Origin: a virus
Virus record (IMG/VR): IMGVR_UViG_3300042879_004726
Span: 5,771-69,770 of that record
Strand: one strand, 5' to 3'
Length of the DNA stretch: 64,000 bases
The notes beneath the pieces were generated by a model. The model was not told the origin of the DNA and did not search any database. It saw nothing but the letters and a program-made list of their open reading frames with translations. Positions 1 through 8,594 of this stretch are shown here, piece by piece (positions within the stretch are counted from its first letter, which is position 1; each line of letters begins with the position of its first letter). Made by a program: the position numbers and the translations under genes.

Positions 1-295
1 AAGTAGTTCCACCATAACATTCCTTTCTAATAGAAAACAAAAGAAGTCTAGCTGCAACATATTGATAATTAGGATTATCAAGTGAAATCAGATCTGCTGC
101 AGACTTAATTAGAATTTCTTGAATCTCTTTTGTCGAAATTCCATCATAAAACTGAATTCCAGAAGCCATCTCAACCTGACTCGCAGAGACACCAGAAAGG
201 CCAGTACAAGCCTCCTCTACCATTCTATGCATCTTATCAAGGTCTAGATACTGAATTACTCCATTTCTTTTAGTGACTTTTGTTCCGTTGCTCAT
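1..295 (-). CDS. nrdA: Ribonucleotide reductase class Ia alpha subunit, 5' part (truncated by window edge)
   Basis: Manual translation from ATG at 295: MSNGTKVTKRNGVIQYLDLDKMHRMVEEAC...QFYDGISTKEIQEILIKSAADLISLDNPNYQYVAARLLL, an ATP-cone domain. ATGA overlap with the primase stop. Confidence 0.92.
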   Translation of the reverse strand, partial: MSNGTKVTKRNGVIQYLDLDKMHRMVEEACTGLSGVSASQVEMASGIQFYDGISTKEIQEILIKSAADLISLDNPNYQYVAARLLLFSIRKECYGGTT

Positions 296-1266
296 ATTTT
301 CTTCCAATTGTTAAATTTGATTTTTGATTCTAAACCTGAATAAGTATTTGATTTTAACATATCCATAACATTATGTCCAGAAAGCACAAGATCATTAATA
401 TCTTTTTCTTTCATATCTCTAGGCCAAATCACTACTTTGTCTCCTCTATCGATGGTTTTTGATATTCTGTTGACGATTTCTCTATTGCGTGGTTCGTTAT
501 CATAAACGTAAATATAATCGCACCAACCAAACGACCTAATATCAATATCGGACCCACACATAGCAACAGAGTTTTGTATAAACGTAGAGTCGAAAGGTCC
601 CTCAACGATGTAAATAGATTTTGATTCGTCAATTTTATCAAACCCATAAATTTTTGGTACATCATCAGAAAGCATTACAGTAATATATTTATTTGTAGAA
701 TAACCGAGTGCTCTTCCCTGAAATCCTATCAATGATTTCTTATAGACAAGAGGGATAATGATCCTAGATTCTTCATACTTCATACTTTTTTCATCAAAAG
801 TATGAACTTTACTATTAACCCATTCCTTAAACTTTTCAGCATAATAAAATTTATCCGGGTCCAATTTTCGGTTTAATAGGTATTCTTTTGCTATTTTATT
901 TTCAGACGCCTTCGGAAGATTAATTTTAGTTTGAAATATAGGTGGCTTAAAATCAAGCTTTGGTTCTTCAGTTGTGAAATTTTTACCAGTAAATCCTTCT
1001 TTAAATTTCTCAAAAACATATTGTTTATGAATACTTATATCAATTTCTTTTAAGAAATTATTAAAGGATATATTTACACCACAATTATGACATTTGTAGT
1101 TTGTATTATTTTTAACTTGATAGAAATATCCTCTTGCTTTATTTTTATTCTTTTGAGAATCGCCACAAAGAGGACAGCGAAAATTATAAAGATTAGAGTT
1201 TACTTTTTTAAATTTTTGAAATCTTATGGAAATTAAATTGATATATTTTGTATCAATAAAGTCCAT
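292..1266 (-). CDS. gp61: DNA primase (T4 gp61-like)
   Basis: Zn ribbon CPLCGDS...CHNC and TOPRIM motifs VEGPFDS, YDNEPRN, KDIND. Likely start MDFIDTK at 1266; the track's TTG at 1317 is the -35 box of the promoter. Confidence 0.95.
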   Translation of the reverse strand: MDFIDTKYINLISIRFQKFKKVNSNLYNFRCPLCGDSQKNKNKARGYFYQVKNNTNYKCHNCGVNISFNNFLKEIDISIHKQYVFEKFKEGFTGKNFTTEEPKLDFKPPIFQTKINLPKASENKIAKEYLLNRKLDPDKFYYAEKFKEWVNSKVHTFDEKSMKYEESRIIIPLVYKKSLIGFQGRALGYSTNKYITVMLSDDVPKIYGFDKIDESKSIYIVEGPFDSTFIQNSVAMCGSDIDIRSFGWCDYIYVYDNEPRNREIVNRISKTIDRGDKVVIWPRDMKEKDINDLVLSGHNVMDMLKSNTYSGLESKIKFNNWKKI

Positions 1267-1289
1267 AGTTAAATTTTTTAGGTCTATCC

Positions 1290-1317
1290 ATCCTAGCACA
1301 TCATTTAATTCTGTCAA
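1290..1317 (-). promoter_or_regulatory. sigma70-type early promoter for primase-nrdA
   Basis: Minus strand TTGACA-16nt-TAGGAT with TGn extended -10. Confidence 0.65.
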
Positions 1318-1429
1318 GGCACAGAGAGGTTAATATTCCAGTCCACTTAACGACAGAATTTGTTACTTTTTGTAAGTAATAAATGGATATTTTTTTATTA
1401 TCCTTTATATTTAAATAATCCTTTTTCAT
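1301..1429 (-). CDS. Small hypothetical protein (42 aa)
   Basis: Manual ORF MKKDYLNIKDNKKISIYYLQKVTNSVVKWTGILTSLCLDRIK filling the gap; below the track cut-off. Confidence 0.4.
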   Translation of the reverse strand: MKKDYLNIKDNKKISIYYLQKVTNSVVKWTGILTSLCLDRIK

Positions 1430-1461
1430 CGGAACTAGTGCCCGAAATTTAGTAATATTTA

Positions 1462-1878
1462 TTACCTTTTTGTTTCTATCTTGTAATTTGGTTGATTATC
1501 TGGGGTTAAAATATCTACAACTATACCTGATTGTGAAACCGCAAAAGACACTACAGCAAAAATACCAACTATGATCCAACGATATTTTACAAACTCGTCC
1601 AATCTAACTTCTATTTTTTCTATTCTAGTATTTACTGCTTCACAATGCTCTTTACTTTCTTCTTTTAAGTCAGTAATCATTTTTGAAATTAAATCATCAG
1701 TTTTACTACACTGATCAATTTTTTCTTCGTGAACTGCCAGCATTTTACTAATGTTTTGACTTGTCTTACCCATTAGTTGTATTGCTTCATCTATTTTATT
1801 CATCATAACTTCATATGCAGAAAGTCTTTCTTCGAGAACAGCAATTTTAGTGTCTGCTGAAGCGTTTTGGTTAAACAT
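1462..1878 (-). CDS. Hypothetical coiled-coil protein with C-terminal transmembrane helix
   Basis: Heptad-rich body then WIIVGIFAVVSFAV; likely start MFNQNASADTK (track start 1932). Confidence 0.7.
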   Translation of the reverse strand: MFNQNASADTKIAVLEERLSAYEVMMNKIDEAIQLMGKTSQNISKMLAVHEEKIDQCSKTDDLISKMITDLKEESKEHCEAVNTRIEKIEVRLDEFVKYRWIIVGIFAVVSFAVSQSGIVVDILTPDNQPNYKIETKR

Positions 1879-1941
1879 TTTATTGTGAGTTAAAAATTTA
1901 CTACCAAAAACAAATAACTCAGGTGGTTTCAATTATATTTA

Positions 1942-2178
1942 TTATTTTTTGATATTTCTTCTTTGAATTTGTATAAGATTTTTAAAGAAAGGATTCAAAT
2001 TTTTATATCTTCTTTTTCTTAAGTCAACCGGAGGATTTTCAGGATCTGCCTGGGGTGTGCCCGCAATATTCCCACTACCGACATTATTTGTTGGTGTAGA
2101 AATTATTCCATCTTCTTTTAGTTGTATGTAATGACGAAATGCTTCAATAATCTTATCAATCTTTTTCTTTTCCATCAT
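1942..2178 (-). CDS. Small hypothetical protein with LKED..PTNNVGSGNIAG motif
   Basis: Track ORF 1942..2214; probable start MMEKKK at 2178, overlapping the upstream gene end. Confidence 0.65.
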   Translation of the reverse strand: MMEKKKIDKIIEAFRHYIQLKEDGIISTPTNNVGSGNIAGTPQADPENPPVDLRKRRYKNLNPFFKNLIQIQRRNIKK

Positions 2179-2548
2179 AGATTTTATTGAGTTCTGATAA
2201 ACAACTTTCATCAATTTCTACATTATGAATACTTGATTTTGGGTATTCTGGCAATTTATTCAAAAATACAACAAAAGATTTTAAAAATGGCCACAAATCT
2301 CTTTCTATTTTAAAGAATAACATTGGAGTTGCAGCATCTCCAAATATATTATAAAGAATAATAAAATGATTCAACAGAAGGTGAGTTTTTAATTCACCTT
2401 CTCTGCTATATCGTTTAAGCAATCTTTTCACATATTTAAAGTGATTTAAATCTTTTTCAAAATCTTCTCTAGTGATTGCTTGTGGATTTTCATAATTTTT
2501 TATAGCAAATAATAAAAAATTATCTTCATTCAACTCATTAAAAATCAT
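2156..2548 (-). CDS. Conserved T4-like phage hypothetical protein
   Basis: MIFNELNEDNFLLFAIKNYENPQ...HLLLNHFIILYNIFG, recognised as a myophage conserved family; tight operon packing. Confidence 0.8.
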   Translation of the reverse strand: MIFNELNEDNFLLFAIKNYENPQAITREDFEKDLNHFKYVKRLLKRYSREGELKTHLLLNHFIILYNIFGDAATPMLFFKIERDLWPFLKSFVVFLNKLPEYPKSSIHNVEIDESCLSELNKIYDGKEKD

Positions 2549-2554
2549 ATCTTA

Positions 2555-3310
2555 TCAAACAGGAGGATAGATTGGAGCATTTCCTGTAGTGATTCCAGAC
2601 ATAGCAACTAAAGTTTCCGTCTTAACTCTTAAATTTCCTTCAGAATCAATATAACTCGTAATGCCAACCCATCCAGCATGAGTTAATTTATATTGATTAG
2701 AAACAGAAGCATTAGCTCCTGCAGTAGAAACTCCAGAAACACTTTTACTATATCTTCCACTCAATCTTGTAATCGTTACAGAAGAACCACTTGCAAGAGA
2801 ACTTCCGATAGTAGAACCAAAAGATACTGTAGTTGTTCCAATAGAAGTAATTGAAGTAGTAACTCCCAAACTAGCAAAAGTATCTCCAACGCGAATTCCA
2901 GTCGTAGATGCAAGTGCTACTGTTGAAACTCCTATATTTGCTGTAGCAGCAACGCTTGTTTGGACTGTAGTTGTTTCTAATGGATTATTTTGAATACTTC
3001 TTTGATTATATTTTGGATCTCGAATCACATATTTTGGAAGTTGACTAATATCATACTGAACGCCAGAAATTGCATTTCCGTTTAAATTTGTTGTTGATGC
3101 AATTGAAAGTACGGTTGTACTTGCAATTCCAACAATTACTGCATCTCCAAAATATGTTCCAGTTCTTGAACCAAAACGAATTACGTCTCCAGTTGAAGCA
3201 GCCCCAGCTTGTCCAAAGCTGGTTCCACTGCCAGTTACAACAAGACTGGTATAATTTAAAGATACTGTACCAACAGATCCAACAGCATCATTATTTCCCC
3301 AGAGTGCCAT
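2555..3310 (-). CDS. Putative virion structural protein
   Basis: MALWG start, G/S/T-rich beta repeats, C-terminal HAGWVG...RVKTETLVAMSGI; late promoter directly upstream. Confidence 0.7.
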   Translation of the reverse strand: MALWGNNDAVGSVGTVSLNYTSLVVTGSGTSFGQAGAASTGDVIRFGSRTGTYFGDAVIVGIASTTVLSIASTTNLNGNAISGVQYDISQLPKYVIRDPKYNQRSIQNNPLETTTVQTSVAATANIGVSTVALASTTGIRVGDTFASLGVTTSITSIGTTTVSFGSTIGSSLASGSSVTITRLSGRYSKSVSGVSTAGANASVSNQYKLTHAGWVGITSYIDSEGNLRVKTETLVAMSGITTGNAPIYPPV

Positions 3311-3341
3311 GTTTTTTCCCGTAAAAATTATTTGCTATGAA

Positions 3342-3349
3342 TATTTATA
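3342..3349 (-). promoter_or_regulatory. T4-type late promoter TATAAATA
   Basis: Exact consensus about 30 nt upstream of ATG 3310. Confidence 0.75.
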
Positions 3350-3380
3350 AAAAAAGGAGACCCTAGATTTTGAGTCTCCT
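3349..3380 (-). terminator. Rho-independent terminator
   Basis: Minus strand AGGAGACTC-loop-GGGTCTCCT followed by a T-run. Confidence 0.75.
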
Positions 3381-3402
3381 CTTAAGTAAAATTAAAGTGA
3401 AA

Positions 3403-3600
3403 TCAAGGAGTTAAATCTTTAGCTCCTTTTTCTTTCAGTCGTGTTTGAATTTGAATTAATACGAAAGAAAGAATTCCATTTGCCTTTACATTTGGATTAG
3501 AACCAAGAAGTTCTGAAATTGCAAACAATACAGTTGCAATCAGAGCTTCATTTGCTTTTACCCAAGCAACTAATGCTACGATAGACATAGTAACCTCCAA
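3403..3600 (-). CDS. Small membrane protein
   Basis: About 60 aa with hydrophobic helices; GGAGG Shine-Dalgarno favours a start at MSIVAL. Confidence 0.65.
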   Translation of the reverse strand: MEVTMSIVALVAWVKANEALIATVLFAISELLGSNPNVKANGILSFVLIQIQTRLKEKGAKDLTP

Positions 3601-3633
3601 TTAGAGTATATCCTATATTATTTAGGAAAAATA

Positions 3634-6225
3634 TTACACTGAAAGGGAAGATAAATTAACTCCCTTTTGAATTGCTGCTTTTTGTGCGCGTGAAAGATTC
3701 TGATGAGCAAAATCTGCTTTTTGCTTTGCCTGCAAAACTTGATTGATTGCTGATGTATTCTGTTGATTTTGTGTTGTAGATTGTTGTGTTTGTTCAACTG
3801 CTTCACCCATACCTCTCTTTGCTTTCCTTGCTCTTCTTTGAACTTCTTTTGTAGATACTGGTTCAGTTACAGAACCTGGATTTCTAACGCCACTGTACCT
3901 TCTCACTCTACCATGTTCTCTTGATGTTTCTCTACTTTCCCCTCTTTTACTAAAAGAGCCAACAAGTTGAGTCTGAATTTTTGGATCAGTTCCTCTAGTT
4001 TGTCCCCTTTCACCTTGAGTAACTTGTCTATGTTTTTCTAATGGCTCTAAGTTTTTTGGATCATCATCAATATGAGAAACTTTTTGTGGTTGATATTTTT
4101 TGATATCTTTCTTAGTTGCAATAAGTTTTTTTCGAGGAGAACCAGTTCCCGGAATATCTCCAGTAAAATGACCTGGTTTTATGGTCATTCCACGTTTACG
4201 ATTATATCCAATGTTTTTCAAATGTTGAATTATACTTTTATTATCAACTTTCCCTTTATCTTCAACTAAAGAAACTTCCTCTCCTACTGATTTCCTAAAT
4301 GCACCTCTCGCGGTATTTGGTTCTATTACTGCACCTCTAGATTTATTAATTACATACTTATTTGCTTTTGTGGTTTGTTTGAATTTTGATGGGTCTCTCA
4401 ACGGAGAAAAATCCATAGTTTCTCCTTTTCCTAATTTTTCTTTATGAAAATCTCCAGTAGATACTGTTCTTACAACATTACCTTCAGGTCCTTTAACATT
4501 AATCTTTGCTGGTTCAACTTTAGTTGTTTTCCTTCCTCCAGTTTCAGGGTTTCTTATTTTTTTACTTCCTACTTCTTTTAATGCAGCTTGATCTAAATCA
4601 AGCTGTACTAAATGCTTTGGTCTTGTTGGGCCAGAAAGCTTTTCTATTTTTTTTGATTTTTTTTCAGATCTTGGAAGTTTTGCTTCATCAATATATTGCT
4701 CTGCCATCTTTTTAGCCATCTTAGTGGCAGTAGCATACATTACCTCTTCACCACGCCCAGGATACCTTTTTTCAAAGTCGGAAAGTTGATTTTTCATACT
4801 TTTTACGATTCTTTCCTTTTCACGAGACTCCTTTGAAGATAAAGTTCTTTCTTCAATATATTCCTCTGTTACCTTTTTCTTTTTATTTTTCTTTTTTGGT
4901 TTTTTAGTACCTTCAGGATTCAACATTCTCATTAATTCACCAGGAGACTTGCGGGAACGTGTTTTTCCTGTCTCTACAGATGATAATGGATTAGTTACAG
5001 TTCTAGAACGCAATTCTGGTGTATTATCATCATTATTTTCATTTATTCCAAGTTTATTAGCTGCGGCAGCCATTCTTTGTCTTAATTCTGCCGCCTTATC
5101 CTCCGTACTCTTAACTGAAGAAACAATTCTTTGTGCATCTTCTGGAGATAATTTACCACCCTTTCTACGCTCAGCTCTAACTAATGCTTTCCTTTGATTA
5201 TCATTTAATGGTTTTACGGGAGTTGTGACCGTTTTTGCTGTTGGTTTAAATTGTTTTTTTGGTGGTGATGTTGGTTCACCCCAAGGATCTTCAATTGATT
5301 TTGTTTTTACTTTTGGTCTAGATTCTTGTTTTGTTGGATTTGTTTGTTTAGTAGGTGGTGTATAGGAACCACTACTTACCTTTTCCTTTGTCCCAACTCC
5401 AGTACCACGATATGTTGATGCACTTCTTGTTTTTGTGTGTGCTTGACTTGGTTTTTTATTACCTTCCATTTTGCGAGCAACACCTAATGCTCCTTTAGCA
5501 ACACTTCTTGCTCCAGATGCAACTGCACCTGAAACCATTTTCTTAGCACCACGAACTTTACTGGAAAGTTTTTGTCTTGCAAGTCTTCCAACTGAACTCA
5601 AAATATTTCTACTTCCCTTTTCTTTACTAGAAGTATCGTGACCATAAGTAACTTTTGCTTCAGTCAGGGCATATTCAAGTGCTTCCTCAATATCATCTTC
5701 TTCATATCCTTCACCAAGAAGTTCTATATAAACACTCTCTACAATATAATCAACCTCATCAATTTCAATCATTTCAAGAAGAGTTCCGCCAAGAATTTCT
5801 ACAGATTCTCTTACACCATCACCCATATCAATTGTTGGGTTAATAATAATTTTATTATTTACTGACTTTTCTTTTATTTTATTGTCATTTTTATCTTTAT
5901 TAAGTACTTCGACAATTTCAGAGAGGTCTTCTCTCCAGTTTGAATATCCTTCCTTTACACTTCTTTTTTTTGCCTTTTTTTTGCGAAGTTCTTTAAAATC
6001 AGATGAAGTTAATTTTCCATAGGGAGCTGCTACATCAATTTTAGTCTGATCTCCAACCAACTCTTCTTTAATTTTCTTTTTTCTATCTTTTAATGCCTTT
6101 TTCATAGATTCAATTTCATCACCATCATTATCAAAATCAAGATAATCTGGTTTTGATTTTTTACCTTCAGTTAAACAATCATTATATTCTAATTCATTTA
6201 TTAAAGATCTTTTAGAAATAGACAT
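3634..6225 (-). CDS. Large Lys/Glu-rich modular protein with embedded HAD-like domain; possible head-internal polyprotein
   Basis: 863-aa ORF with late promoter upstream, many hydrophobic-x-E motifs, and HAD-like motifs DLDQ / TARG / HIDDDPKNL. Confidence 0.8.
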   Translation of the reverse strand: MSISKRSLINELEYNDCLTEGKKSKPDYLDFDNDGDEIESMKKALKDRKKKIKEELVGDQTKIDVAAPYGKLTSSDFKELRKKKAKKRSVKEGYSNWREDLSEIVEVLNKDKNDNKIKEKSVNNKIIINPTIDMGDGVRESVEILGGTLLEMIEIDEVDYIVESVYIELLGEGYEEDDIEEALEYALTEAKVTYGHDTSSKEKGSRNILSSVGRLARQKLSSKVRGAKKMVSGAVASGARSVAKGALGVARKMEGNKKPSQAHTKTRSASTYRGTGVGTKEKVSSGSYTPPTKQTNPTKQESRPKVKTKSIEDPWGEPTSPPKKQFKPTAKTVTTPVKPLNDNQRKALVRAERRKGGKLSPEDAQRIVSSVKSTEDKAAELRQRMAAAANKLGINENNDDNTPELRSRTVTNPLSSVETGKTRSRKSPGELMRMLNPEGTKKPKKKNKKKKVTEEYIEERTLSSKESREKERIVKSMKNQLSDFEKRYPGRGEEVMYATATKMAKKMAEQYIDEAKLPRSEKKSKKIEKLSGPTRPKHLVQLDLDQAALKEVGSKKIRNPETGGRKTTKVEPAKINVKGPEGNVVRTVSTGDFHKEKLGKGETMDFSPLRDPSKFKQTTKANKYVINKSRGAVIEPNTARGAFRKSVGEEVSLVEDKGKVDNKSIIQHLKNIGYNRKRGMTIKPGHFTGDIPGTGSPRKKLIATKKDIKKYQPQKVSHIDDDPKNLEPLEKHRQVTQGERGQTRGTDPKIQTQLVGSFSKRGESRETSREHGRVRRYSGVRNPGSVTEPVSTKEVQRRARKAKRGMGEAVEQTQQSTTQNQQNTSAINQVLQAKQKADFAHQNLSRAQKAAIQKGVNLSSLSV

Positions 6226-6226
6226 T

Positions 6227-7510
6227 TTAATAAGTACTTACTTTTTCTTTCTTATACTTATTTATAAATTTTGATAGAAATGATTTACCTCCAGACTGAA
6301 TATTTCCACTACCTAAAGTAGAACCTGGAGTTTGTTTTATTGCATACTTCAAATAACCATCAGTTCCAGCAAGAGTATTAGGTTTTCCAGGTTCTCTATA
6401 CATTTGATTCATTTTAACTTCACTGTATTCAGCTAAATCTTTAATCCAAGATTTAAACATAACATCATCTTCAGTAACACAAATTAAATAATTTGTTCCT
6501 CTACGAATTACCTTTCCAACTAACCCACTATTTGTATTTTCTACTATGTCATCAAGTTTGAAAATTTCATTTTTAATATAATTTTCCCTTAAATTTTTAA
6601 AGTCAAGTTCTGGAGCAATTTCCCAAAGATTATAACTTTCTTTCATGGATGTTTTAAATCCCATAGCTTTTCTGATTTCATTAAATAATTTTCTACTATC
6701 ATTTTCATCCATTGTTTTTGTCATTCCTCTCTTAAATTCCCTAAAGTTATTATCTGCTGCAGCTCTTCTTAACATTCCAGATGAAACACCAGATATATCC
6801 TTTTCAGCATCAAAATTACCGCTTGGAAAAACTCTTATATCTTTAAATTCATAATATTTACTATTATACTTATTTGCCAGATTTTGAATTTCAGATTGGC
6901 GATCAGAACCAACTACAATATTTACATTCACATACCCATCCTCATTTGCAGACATTAACACATCAAATACTGTTTTCATTTCTGGGTTGTTTATAATTTC
7001 CTCTTCAATTTCAGGAAACATTTTTTTCATATAGTAAATTTTTCTATTAGGATTTAATGGATCTTGTTTTGAATCTTGAGTTCTCGATGGATAAATTCTT
7101 ATCTCTCCTCCCAAAGAGACTCTATCTGCGGTTGAAAATAGTTTCTTATGCTCCTTTGTCGGTGGATTAAATCTTCCAAACACAACTGTTACATACTCAT
7201 CTTCAGATGGAAGTTCTTCTACAGCCCCTTTCACATTTTGTATAGAAGGAAATTTTTGTGATGCCTGCGGTTGAATCTGACCTGCAACTTGAGCTTTATT
7301 TGGTGTACCAGCCTTTGGTGGAATATCTCTTTGCCCTACTCTTTGACCTTTATTAAAAAATTTAAGTTGACCCTCAACTGTTTTTGCTACGAATTCTCCC
7401 TGAGAATTATACCAATCACCATGACCGTCTCCAACAAGACCAAGCTTTTTTGCTTGCTCTGATGCTCTTGTTTCTTTTGCTTCTAGTATAAATTGAGAAA
7501 ACTTCTTCAT
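6227..7510 (-). CDS. Cytidylyltransferase/NMNAT-like (HxGH superfamily) nucleotidyltransferase
   Basis: VVFGRFNPPTKEH, SRTQDSKQDPL, IVVGSDR, GVSSGMLRRAA motifs; probable start MKKFSQFILEAK at 7510. Confidence 0.8.
   Translation of the reverse strand: MKKFSQFILEAKETRASEQAKKLGLVGDGHGDWYNSQGEFVAKTVEGQLKFFNKGQRVGQRDIPPKAGTPNKAQVAGQIQPQASQKFPSIQNVKGAVEELPSEDEYVTVVFGRFNPPTKEHKKLFSTADRVSLGGEIRIYPSRTQDSKQDPLNPNRKIYYMKKMFPEIEEEIINNPEMKTVFDVLMSANEDGYVNVNIVVGSDRQSEIQNLANKYNSKYYEFKDIRVFPSGNFDAEKDISGVSSGMLRRAAADNNFREFKRGMTKTMDENDSRKLFNEIRKAMGFKTSMKESYNLWEIAPELDFKNLRENYIKNEIFKLDDIVENTNSGLVGKVIRRGTNYLICVTEDDVMFKSWIKDLAEYSEVKMNQMYREPGKPNTLAGTDGYLKYAIKQTPGSTLGSGNIQSGGKSFLSKFINKYKKEKVSTY
6259..6266 (-). promoter_or_regulatory. 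T4-type late promoter TATAAATA
   Basis: Exact consensus upstream of the 863-aa gene. Confidence 0.7.
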
Positions 7511-7538
7511 CTTATAGTGTTTATAGGTATTTATTGAT

Positions 7539-8555
7539 TTATCTAACTCCATCTACATATTTATTCCTTGGATCAAATGCATGACTTTTATTTGTAAAAG
7601 TAATTGAAAGACCTTTATATGGAGATAGAGATCTTGCGTTTCTTTTTGGATCTGTTTTTATTACCAAATACACATCAGATTTTATTCTTGATAAGTCTGC
7701 ATAATTATTATTTTTGTATATATTAATCCCACTCATACTAATTACATTATGACTAACATTGGTCAATCCCGCATTTATGATGATATAATCAACTCCTGCA
7801 GATCCACCAAAACAATATTTTTTAATTTCATCTATAGTTGCTGGGACTCTTATCCCCTTTATATCATTATCAAAAATTACTGGCTGGTTTGAAGAGCTTT
7901 TTAATGATACTATTCCTTTATTTAAAGTATCATTCAAAACTTGTAAAGGAATATTTTGATATGTATCTGCACTACTCCAAAATGAAAAATTACCTTGTTT
8001 TAACGATAAAGTAACTTCTTTACCAGCTTTAGTTGTTATTAAAATATCAGGTTTTTTTAAACTTTGACCAACTTTATCTACTGATTTTATAGGTCCTATT
8101 GATATTTTTTTCCCTCCACCATATAGGTTTAGAGTTAAATTATTATACATATCAAATATTTGAGGAGGAACTCCATCCATTTCTTCTCTTAATTCTTTAA
8201 GATTATTGAGTTCATCAACTATCACAGAATGAAAATATAATTCATATGCTTCACCAGGTTTTAATACACTACTAACTTTACTTTTACTCCTTTCTAATTG
8301 TATTTTTATATACCCATATCCATTTTCAGTTAATCTCAGTTTACCAACATTACCATCAACTTCCTTTTTTACTTTTATTTGTGGATATAATCTAATAAGT
8401 TCAGTGTATATTTTTTCGTATATATTTTTTCCTTGAGATAAATCTTTTGGTATGACAGTTACAGTGTAGTTTTTTCTATACACCAATCCAAGTTTAGATG
8501 CAATAGAATTTACCACATATTGAATTTTTGTTACATCTACTTTGCTACTTATCAT
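7539..8555 (-). CDS. Hypothetical protein, possible PD-(D/E)xK nuclease fold
   Basis: 338-aa ORF; GEAYE...KPDILI-x-LSLKQG pattern. Confidence 0.6.
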   Translation of the reverse strand: MISSKVDVTKIQYVVNSIASKLGLVYRKNYTVTVIPKDLSQGKNIYEKIYTELIRLYPQIKVKKEVDGNVGKLRLTENGYGYIKIQLERSKSKVSSVLKPGEAYELYFHSVIVDELNNLKELREEMDGVPPQIFDMYNNLTLNLYGGGKKISIGPIKSVDKVGQSLKKPDILITTKAGKEVTLSLKQGNFSFWSSADTYQNIPLQVLNDTLNKGIVSLKSSSNQPVIFDNDIKGIRVPATIDEIKKYCFGGSAGVDYIIINAGLTNVSHNVISMSGINIYKNNNYADLSRIKSDVYLVIKTDPKRNARSLSPYKGLSITFTNKSHAFDPRNKYVDGVR

Positions 8556-8594
8556 TATAAGTGAATCTTATTATATAAGTATTTAGAAAAAAAT

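Noticed and set aside
3403-3600. Holin assignment
   Set aside because: Hydrophobicity only; no adjacent endolysin and no recognisable family motif
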